A DNA stretch of 64,000 bases, taken from NCBI RefSeq assembly GCF_016432865.1, contig NC_067400.1:587078001-587142000 (forward strand), in the 5' to 3' direction. The translations under genes and the position numbers were made by a program. This DNA is from Antechinus flavipes (lineage: Eukaryota). Shown one piece after another: positions 54,168-64,000 of this stretch; positions within the stretch are counted from its first letter, which is position 1; every line of letters begins with the position of its first letter. The notes beneath the pieces are model-generated. The model worked only from the letters and a program-made list of their open reading frames with translations. It did no database searches and was not told the origin of the DNA.

Positions 54168-55004
54168 TCAATTTCAGGGCTTCGATTTCACTTCCAATCA
54201 GCGAGTCAGCCTGGTCTGTCCGGTTCTCCCTCATAGCCCCTCCACAAAGCCCCCAGTGAGCGTCAGGAATGAGCACCCCTCCCGGGTCTCACATAACACT
54301 TTACTTTGTAAATGAACTTTCCATGAAATGTTAAATGTTCCAGGATGTCAGAGCTGGACATTGGAGAGGTCTGTGGTTGTCTATGACATCACAGTGTGAC
54401 CTGGCTCCAGAGGGTGGCCACGCAGACTTAAGGGAATTGGAACCCAAGGGGACTCACTTGGAGGTGAGGTAGGCAATCCCTCTCATCTCCGGGAGTTTAG
54501 ATCCTTCCCCTCTGGGTAAGAGGAACCCACATTTTTCCTTTGCATTACAATTCACCTAAGTCTAAGCAGCCATTCTTTGTGCCATTAGGAAAAAAATCAT
54601 TGATTTAGGGCAGATCAGCTAGATGGGAGCACCAGACTGAGTTAGGAAGATCTGAGTTCAAATCCAATCCCATTCACCCACTAACTGTGTGACCCTGAGC
54701 AAGTTACAATAACCCTGATTGTCTCAGTTTCCCAGCTGGAGAAGGAAATATCAAACCATTCCAGTATTTTTGCCAAGAAAATCTCAAAAAGGGGTCATGG
54801 TGAGTCAGTAAAACTGGAATGGCTAAACAATGACAACAAGATTTAGGACTGGAACCTCAGTAGCCCTCTGCTTTTACAGATGAAAAACCTGAGGCTGAGT
54901 GAGGATAAATTACTTGTCTTACATCACACAGGTTTTAAATGACACAGGCAGGATCTGAATCCCGATCTGGATTCCAGAGTCAGCCCTATTCCCTCAGCAT
55001 TGTT

Positions 55005-56170
55005 CTAATCCATGTTTATTTCTTATCTTCCTCCTAAGGCTGGGACCACCTGGAATCCATGTTTATTTCTTTTCTTACTAAGGCTGGGACCACCTGGAAT
55101 CCATGTTTATTTCTTGTTTCCTTATTGAGGCAGGGACCACCTGGAATCCATGTTTATTTCTTTTCTTACTAAGGTTGGGACCACCTGGAATCCATGCTTA
55201 TTTCTTTTCTTACTAAGGCTGGGACCACCTGGAATCCATGCTTATTTCTTTTCTTACTAAGGCTGGGACCACCTGGAATCCATGCTTATTTCTTTTCTCC
55301 TTACTAAGGTGGGACCACCTGGAATCCATGCTTATTTCTTTTCTCCTTACTAAGGTGGGACCACCTGGAATCCATGTTTATTTCTTTTCTTACTAAGGCT
55401 GGGACTACCTTGAATCCATGTTTATTTCTTTTCTTACTAAGGCTGGGACTACCTTGAATCCATGTTTATTTCTTTTCTTACTAAGGCTGGGACTACCTTG
55501 AATCCATGTTTATTTCTTGTTTCCTTATTGAGGCAGGGACCACCTGGAATCCATGTTTATTTCTTTTCTTACTAAGGCTGGGACCACCTGGAATCCATGC
55601 TTATTTCTTTTCTCCTTACTAAGGTGGGACCACCTGGAATCCATGTTTATTTCTTTTCTTACTAAGGCTGGGACTACCTTGAATCCATGTTTATTTCTTT
55701 TCTTACTAAGGCTGGGACTACCTTGAATCCATGTTTATTTCTTTTCTTACTAAGGCTGGGACTACCTTGAATCCATGTTTATTTCTTTTCTTACTAAGGC
55801 TGGGACTACCTTGAATCCATGTTTATTTCTTGTTTCCTTATTGAGGCAGGGACCACCTGGAATCCATGTTTATTTCTTTTCTTACTAAGACTGGGACCAC
55901 CTGGAATCCATGTTTATTTCTTTTCTTACTAAGGCGGGGACCATCTGGAATCCATGTTTATTTCTTTTCTCCTTACTAAGGCTGGGACCACCTTGAATCT
56001 ATGTTTATTTCTTGTTTCCTTACTAAGGCAGGGACCACCTTGAATCCATGCTTATTTCTTTTCTCCTTACTAAGGTTGGGACCACCTTGAATCCATGTTT
56101 ATTTTTTTTCTCCTTACTAAGGTTGGGACCACCTTGAATCCATATTTATTTCTTATCTTCCTCCTAAGGC
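55005..56170. repeat. 44-bp minisatellite (44-48 bp variants), about 26 copies
   Basis: tactaagg at 55211 and 55255 (period 44). Unit aatccatgtttatttcttttcttactaaggctgggaccacctgg. Confidence 0.97.
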
Positions 56171-59100
56171 AGGAACCAGTTTATTGCCCAAATCTATTTA
56201 CAAAAGATAGCACTGGGCTCCATAAAGTAGATAAGATGCTTTTGGGAAGAAAGTTTGTTGAATGAATCATCAAGGCAATCAACATTCAGTAAACATTGAT
56301 TAAGAAAAGAATCCTTGTACTCCAGTTGTTACTATGACCTTATTTTCAGTGAGCATTTATTAAGTGCTTTCTGTGTACACAATGTTCTGCCACAGGTTTC
56401 CTCATCGTTGTGCAGAGGAGATTGTGGGTTTTTGAAGGCTAGGTGGAGCTGGGGATGATACAAACTGTGGGAAATTAAATCAAGCTAGGAGGACTTCCAG
56501 TATGAGCCTAGGCTGGGATGTCTGTTAAGTTCAGAGAAACACATCTGGAGACTTGTTGGAGACAAATGTTTCTTCCCATAGCAGCTCAGCATCTCAGCAA
56601 GACAGCAGTTCTTTCCAACAGCAGGCCTATTTCTGTTTCTTTGAAATATCTACCCATTGCTCCTGATTCCTTGGGCCCAAGGGAAAACAAGGTGAATCCT
56701 TTATCTTCAGTGGACAGCTGTCCAGAAAATTGAGGAGTGCTATCATCTCTCTTTGGGGAATGAGAACTTCTGTTTCCTTAACTATAACAAAGGGGAGGGA
56801 TGGCCTAGGTACGCTGAGTTGGCTTGAGATTACTTCTAACTCTAATTTATGACCCTACAGTTCCTTCCCCATCTTGGTTGATTGTGTCAATGGGATGACG
56901 ATAATGGAAACAGGAGGAAGATCTGGGAAATAAATGTGGGGAGGGGCTCTGAACTAGGATGCTTTATATTCTTCCACCGTGGAGAATCATTGACTCTACT
57001 TCACCTGTTGAAATCCTACATAATCAAACCTGAATCTAGGCATAGCTCCTGGTAATATTGACAGAGATGCTCACAGAGCAAGCAGGGTGCTAGGTGTCCA
57101 TTCCACTGTAAGTCAATGATGATGATAAAATTCACTAGCATTTCTATAATAATTTAAGGTTTGCAAAGTGTTCATATATTATATAGTTTGATCCTTGATC
57201 CTAATAATACCTCTTAGAGAAAGGTGCTATTATTATTTCCATTTTACAGATCAGACAACTAAGACCTGAATAAAAGACTGAATAAATGACTTGCCTAGGG
57301 GATTGTAGAATGATTCCTTCCTGGCCACATTCAGAAACTGCCAATATTAGTAAGAGGAAATTTTTTATCCTTATCCGATGTTTTTAACCCCAAATGGAGA
57401 AAGATGAGACTCATAGCCTTTCTAAACTGGAATAAAAGGGTCTGAAGTCCTGGCATCCCAACAATGACAGGCTGCCAATGACTACCCTTATTAGGAGAGA
57501 CAGAAAAAATCCTACATGGAAGCTCTAGTTTGGCTTATATCTTTCTCTAGTTAAGGAGAAAGTTCTACATTACAATCTCTCTGTGTGACAGGAATTCAGA
57601 GAAGGGAGCGATAACTACGTGATAAGAGTCATACTCTACTTATCTTCGGATCCCTTCCCTGGTGATTTTGCCCATCAGGAGGCAATATAGGCAAGAAGTA
57701 GGATGAAAGCCAAAAAAAAAAAAGCCTTTAAGAAAATGAAGCAAATATCATGAGTTTCAGAATGAAATGCCATGTATTTTACAGTCATTTAATAAACATT
57801 AAGTGTTTACTGTTTGCCAGACACTGTATTAAGTATTGCGGATTCAATGAAAGGCAAAAGGCAATCTCTTTTCAAGAAGTTAACAGTCTACCAAGAGAGA
57901 CCATATGAATGAATAAAGCATTTATTAAGTGCCTGCTGTATGCTGGGCATTTAAAACTGGTGATACAAAAAAAGGCAAAATTCTATTTTCAAGGAACTTA
58001 CCTTCTAATGGGAGAGACAACATGAATAAATAATTAATGAATAAAGCATTTATCAAGTGCCTGCTGTATGCTGGGCATTGTGCTTAGGGTTGGTGGCAAA
58101 ATCTTCAAGGACCTCATAATCTAATGGGGAAGACAGCAGAAATGGAGGGGGAAAAGCATTTATTGAGTGCCTATTGCATGCCAGGTACTTTGCTAACAGT
58201 TGGGAATTCAAAGAAAGGTAAAAGATGATCCCTCCCTTCAAAAAGCTCACAATCTAATGTAGGAAGACAGCACATAAAAAGAAGATGAAAAGGGGAAGTA
58301 GGGAAGAAGGGGAGGGAGAATTCCTGGGTGGGGGGCATGATAAAGTCCTGCAGCCAGGCGGGAAGTGATGAGATGTCTACCCTATTCACCCTTCTTAAAT
58401 GGAGATCTGGGAGGGACTTTCTAATATCCAACCCACACCTTCTTAATCTGAGGGAGGGAGGGAAGGGACCCAGGGACAAGGGGTTCTTAGAAGTGAAAGT
58501 ATCCAAGTTGATTTGATCTTGCAGTCAGATGAGTTTGCACAATGCAGAAATCTTTGTAGCCCTCACTCCTGGCTTTTCTTCTTTTATTCTCTACCCAGTT
58601 TTGACAAGTTTGCAGGTCACTATGGATAGAGAACAGCCCAGCGAGCCTGTAGGTTCTCTGTTTAAGTTCCACCATTGATACACACTGGCTAAGTTATTTA
58701 ACCTCTCGGTGATCTAGAAAACTCTCTAAAACTCTAAATTTAGAGCTTTAATGGGAGGGCAACAATGGGATAAAAGGGGATAACTGGAAGACTGGTGCAG
58801 GGACTACTGCTCTGGGAAGCCTCCACAATTCCAATTCTCTTACTGCTGGAGAGTTATTGAATCTCCATCACCTGTTGAATTTCTGCTTAATTGAAGCTTA
58901 AATATAGACAAAGACCCTCGGATTCAGAGTAAGGATTCATCTCTTTACATGTGAGTTCCCTAAACCAAGGAAGTCAAGTGTTTGTCTGCCAGCTCCAGAG
59001 ACAAGAGGTCCTAAGTGAAACAGGATGGTGGTGAGGTTGGTGGGAAACAGTACATCAGGATGGAAGTGGAAAAGGACTTCTGAGACATCAGAGCAAATAC

Positions 59101-59459
59101 GGGAAAGCTCACGCCTTTATTCAATAGGGGAGCTCCTGCAGCCCTCCTCCCATCAACACTGATAAGAATGGCCGGCGGGAACAGCTCCAGAATGATCCCA
59201 TTCACCCCACTAGTTGTGGGATCCTCGGCAAGTCACTTTACTCTATTTGCCTCAGTTTCCTCATCTGTCAAATGAGCTGGAGAAGGAAATAGAAAACCCT
59301 TCCAGTGACTTTGCCAAGGAAACCCCCAAAAGTTGGTTGTGACTGAACAACTTCCTGACTCCAGGTCGGGTATTCTGTACACTCTGGTGTCAACCCTTAG
59401 AACCTCAGTTTCCTTAGCTGTAAAATGGGGGATAAATGATAGCCCTGGCGTTTATCTCA

Positions 59460-60030
59460 CAGGGTTACTCTGAAATGCAGACGAGAAGTGTTACGTACAT
59501 CTTGGCTATTATCACGCTCCAGTTTCTCTTCCCGCTCCGATGTTCCAATGGCCTTTTCAGTTTTAAAAGTCTCTGAGGCTGCAACATATGTTCCCTCATT
59601 TCGCCGCACGTCTATATGATCGTATCCATGTTCCCGCACACGTAAATCCGTGTTTGGGACATCAGCAGCCAAGTCACGCGCGCCGCCCACACAGACCTGA
59701 TCGGAGCCGTTCTGTCCCTCATTAGATTTCCGAGCAGGTGTTAGCAATATGTACAGTTAATCAAGCCCGTCAGACAATAAGTGTTTTCAATTGTATGGAC
59801 TGTGACACAATCCCTGCTGCTAATATCACTCTGCTCGGCGCAGCCCCCCCCACTTCTCCTCCCTTTCCATATAACTTAAACCTGGGACTCAGAATCTCAG
59901 ACAACCGACTGTTGTTTTAGCATTTACCCGCCGTCTCAGCTAGAGAGCCCCACACAGACGCGATCTGGGATCGGGCCCCAGCTAAGGAGGCAGCGAACGC
60001 CCCGGAGAGTTACATCCCCGGTTAACTTGT
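59460..60030. promoter_or_regulatory. CpG-rich non-repeat block, candidate conserved developmental enhancer
   Basis: Many CpGs, no recognisable transposon text, clustered CAGGTG, TTAATC/TAAT and ACAAT motifs; conservation not tested. Confidence 0.45.
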
Positions 60031-60059
60031 TATCACATGTCCTCATCTTCCAGGAGTTG

Positions 60060-60565
60060 TAGAATATCAGATCTGAGAAAGAGAAACCTTAGAATCCAGA
60101 GTGTCAGAGCTGGCAGGGCCCTTAGAACCCAGGAAGTCAAAGCTGGGAAAGAGAACCCTTAGAACCCAGAGTGTCAGAGCTGGGAGGGCCCTTAGAACCC
60201 AGGATGTCAGAGCCGGGAGGGCCCTTAGAACCCAGAATATTAGAGCTGGGAGGGCCCTTAGAACCCAGGAGGTCAGAGCCAAGAGGGCCCTTAGAACCCA
60301 GGAGGTCAGAGCTGGGAGGGCCCTTAGAACCCAGGAGGTCAGAGCCAAGAGGGCCCTTAGAACCCAGGAGGTCAGAGCCGGGAGGGCCCTTAAAACACAA
60401 AATGTCAGCTGGGAGAGAACTTAGAACCCAAGATGTTAGAACTGGGAGGGACTTTGAACAGAGAAAATCAGAATTGGAAAGGTCCTTAGCACACAGAATG
60501 GCAGAGTAGGGAAGGACTTCAGAGCAGTTATTAGACATAGGAAGGACCTTAGAACACAGAATAAT
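60060..60565 (+). repeat. 33-bp minisatellite array 6 (about 14 units)
   Basis: Same unit; diverged copies at the right end lead into a MIR-type body at about 60575-60635. Confidence 0.93.
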
Positions 60566-62384
60566 GGAAGTGCAAAATATCTAAGAAATAATTTAATCCA
60601 ACTCCCTCATTTTTCAGGTGAGAAAACTGAGATGCTAACTGAGAGGGCCTTCAGTATTCCTGTCTGTTGCTGATTGGTGAAAGCTTGCTTAATCATTAGT
60701 GTGTACAATGGGAAGACAAACTTGTTTGAATAACCCTGTAAAGAGAATTCAGCTAGGAAAAAGAATTTATTCTGACCTGTATGATGGAAACAAATCCAAA
60801 TGACCTTTGCAGGATCTGTTATTTTGGTCTCCCCATCCCTCTGTCTCTTTGGGAGCTCACTACACTCAACAGCCAGAATTGTTAGGAAATGCAGGGTCCC
60901 CACAGTTTTATGTATGACATATTTTGTCTATAGCTGGAAAAATCCTTTTTCTGGGGTATCTCTGTGGAGCTTACATTTCCTCTAGTCCCCCAAGTACATC
61001 TTTCTGCCCAAGGGCTCGGGCCCTCAGCATGTCTGCTCTCATTAATCACGTTGCTTCAGTCAATGAGGTGAGGTTTCTCTTGTGGGGAGGGGAGAGAAGT
61101 ACCCAGTTTGAGGGTGGGTGGGTAGGATTAAAAACTAGTTGCAAATTACATTATTTGCAAAAATCCATTCTTTCCTCTTGGCGTGCCGGGTCTATTGACT
61201 ATTCCTTTTTCAATCCTGCTCTATTCATTAGACCCATGTCCAGCCCCACTCCACCTCCCACCTCCCACCCAACCAGTTCATACAAGTGTCCATGAATAGA
61301 AATGTTCCTTTTTAAATCTTTCTTTACTTTTCTCGGTGCCCATTTCTTATCCCATAATTTAATGGCCTCTCCTTCATCCTTTTCCATCAACGTCCCTTCT
61401 GCTCTATCACGACATTGGTTGAAACCCAGATCTCTTGGAAATCCCTCATTTCACCTACCTAACAATGGGGTATCATCTTTGTCCCTCTGCCCTGGGCATT
61501 CATCACTGAATGTCATACTAGCTCTAAGTGATTTGGGCAGTCTTGGGGTCATTTGCTAGGCTCTAAGCACTTAGAAGACAGGACTACCACATTAAGTCAC
61601 CTAGAACCCAAGAAGAAATCAGAGAACATAGAATTGTCAGAATCAGATAGTTTCCTCGAGCATCAGTTTTCCCATTTGTGAAATAGGAATAATAATAGGT
61701 TCTACTGCACAAGTTACTGTAAGGATCAAATGAGAAAAAATAAATTCTTTGCAAACCTCAGGGCACATGTCAATTATTATTATTATTATTATCTTTTTTG
61801 ATAGGATTCAAGTAAAAATAGTCCTAGAAGAAATTGTTTCCTCCTTTTGTTATTATTAATAATTAGTAATTCACTATTCATAATTATTGATTTAATATTA
61901 CTATAATAAATAGAATTGGAATGGATCTTTGAAGAGAAAACATTACAATATAGATTGTTCCAAGTGGAAGAGAGCTTAGGAAGAATGGTAAAGCTGCAAG
62001 GGACCTTTGAATGTAGAATATTTGAATTGGAAGGAGCTTTAGATCATTGAATGCCAAGTCAGAAAATTCTTAAGTACCTAGATTTTTAGAGGAAGAAGGG
62101 TTCTTAGGACAGAGAATAGCACCAGTAGTCCCCTGGAACCAGCTTGAACTGGAAAACTGATTAATAAATTCTCAGAAAAAGCATTGACATGGGAATTGCC
62201 AAGTGCTACAAAACAGGGTTGAGTTTATTGTTTTGTTGATTGTCTAGGCTTAGGAAGTGATGGAGACAATTTCAGTAATGCAGATTAAATATAAAAGATG
62301 TAAAAGTCTATTGAGGGTACAGCTATTTTTCTCCAGGAGAGCTGGTTGTTCAACAATTTTAAGCAATCTCTGAATAATTGTAAA

Positions 62385-63372
62385 GAGCTTTAGAACCTAG
62401 AATGCTAGAAGTGGAAGGAATTTTAGAACAGGAAATGTCAGAATCCTAGGACATAGAATTTCAGAACTGGAAATGCCTTTAAAATATGAAATGTCAGAGC
62501 TTGGATGGCTCCTAGAACAGAGTATGGCAGAACTGGGAGGGCCCTTAGAACCCAGGATGTCAGAGCTGGGAGGACCCTTAGAACACAGGAGGTCAGAACT
62601 GGGAGGGCCCTTAGAACACAGGAGGTCAGAGCTGGGAGGGCCCTTAGAACCCGGGATGTCAGAGCTGGGAGGACCCTTAGAACCCGGGATGTCAGAGCTG
62701 GGAGGACCCTTAGAACCCAGGATGTCAGAGCTGGGAGGGCCCTTAGAACCCAGGAGGTTGGAGCCGGGAGGGCCCTTAGAACCCAGGAGGTTGTAGCTGA
62801 GAGGGCCCTTAGAACCCAGGAGATCAGAGCTGGGAGAGCCCTTAGAACCCAGGAAGTCAGAGCTGGGAAGGCCCTTAGAACCTAGGATATCAGTGCTGGG
62901 AAGGCCCTTAGAACCCAGGATGTCAGAGCTGGGAGGGCCCTTAGAACCCAGGAGGTTGTAGCTGGGAGGGCCCTTAGAACCTAGGATATCAGAGCTGGGA
63001 GAGCCCTTAGAACCCAGGAGGTCAGAGCTGGGAAGGCCCTTAGAACCTAGGATATCAGTGCTGGGAAGGCCCTTAGAACCCAGGATGTCAGAGCTGGGAG
63101 GGCCCTTAGAACCCAGGAGGTTGTAGCTGGGAGGGCCCTTAGAACCCAGGAGATCAGAGCTGGGAGAGCCCTTAGAACCCAGGAGGTCAGAGCTGGGAGG
63201 GCCCTTAGAACCCAGGATGTCAGAGCTGGGAGGGCCTTAGAACCCAGGAGGTCAGAGCTGGGAGGGCCCTTAGAACTCAGGGTGTCAGAGCTGGGAGGGC
63301 CTTAGAACCCAGGAGGTCAGTGCTGGGAAGGCCTTTAGAACCCAGGAGGTCAGAGCTGGGAGGGCCCTCAGA
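62385..63372 (+). repeat. 33-bp minisatellite array 7 (about 26 young units plus an old flank, traces from about 61900)
   Basis: Same unit; followed by MIR-type text (gaactttagagattaaaatagcctgattcacttattttatagatgggg). Confidence 0.95.
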
Positions 63373-64000
63373 ATGAGTGCTGCAATTGGGCTGAAAGGAA
63401 CTTTAGAGATTAAAATAGCCTGATTCACTTATTTTATAGATGGGGAACAGCCTCTAGGCCGTTGGATGGACATGTCCCGTAGCTAAGAAATGCAATAGGG
63501 TGGATGTCATCCCCTCTCCCTTCTGTCTCCTTTTCCGATGATCTCACTAAATCACTCCCAATCCTTGCTGCCAGGCTAGTGTCCTGGTCCCAGAAGGACA
63601 CATCTGGGCAGAACGTGACCCGGGCCACGAGTGCTGGCCCTCAGCTTGCCCATCAGTCAGAGCTGGCAGGGGCTGACCTAGAGGCCACCAGCTCCACCTG
63701 CTTCTTGTACAGCTGGGACGCTGAGCCCCGGAGGGCACTCTGTGCCTCATAGAACGTCCCAGGAGCCCCTGAGCAGTTGATGACCACTCACAGAAGGATG
63801 ATCGTAATGATGAAAACTTTTTTACACAGTCCCAGAGTGTTTGCATTCCTCTTTCCAGGCAGCTGACTTTGGAAGACTCATTTTATTTATCTTATTTATA
63901 AGGCTCTTATTTTTCTTTTTGTCTCCCCACCTTTAGTACAGGGCCTGCTCCGGACTGGGCAGCTCTCTCACGGATGGAGAGCACTGAGAGTTTTACTGTG

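Noticed and set aside
57900-58200. Three near-copies of aataaagcatttatt...gtgcctgctgtatgctgggcatt
   Set aside because: These are stacked L2 3' ends or a short local duplication, which is common and not distinctive.
59457-59747. 96-aa ORF as possible IGSF21 exon 4 or transposase
   Set aside because: It does not resemble the expected exon 4 peptide (VRLPEVRISDNGPYECHVG...) or any protein motif I recognise; exon 4 was not found in the window.
63600-63800. Codon-like minus-strand stretch (VVINCSGAPGTFYEAQSALRGSASQLYKKQVELVASR)
   Set aside because: There is an in-frame TGA immediately upstream, no convincing acceptor and no recognised homology. A TBLASTX search would settle it.

Overview
Vertebrate genomic DNA, most likely from a dasyurid marsupial (Tasmanian devil/dunnart/antechinus type). 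This is inferred from WSINE1-like and MAR1-like SINEs and marsupial-type L1 3' tails; no database was searched. The window holds the 3' half of IGSF21 on the minus strand: six coding exons, equal to human exons 5-10 as I recall the human protein. All have GT-AG boundaries, consistent phases, an intact C-terminal GPI signal, a TGA stop and an ATTAAA poly(A) signal. Exons 1-4 lie beyond base 64000. The rest is intron and downstream DNA with nested L1s, a long CR1/L3 relic, L2, MIR and MAR1 copies, several CpG-rich patches and putative conserved non-coding elements. The most unusual structure is one 33-bp unit forming seven separate tandem arrays in both orientations. Each array appears to be the expanded 3' tail of a MIR3-type SINE (CR1-derived end), and the young cores share the same AT-to-GC-shifted variant. 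Two other minisatellites (84 bp and 44 bp) seem to have grown out of L2 fragments. There is also a near-perfect 1.6-kb tandem duplication in the last intron, and a 180-nt intron that is in frame and stop-free. Almost all long ORFs in the supplied track are repeat artefacts. Repeat boundaries are by eye and approximate.
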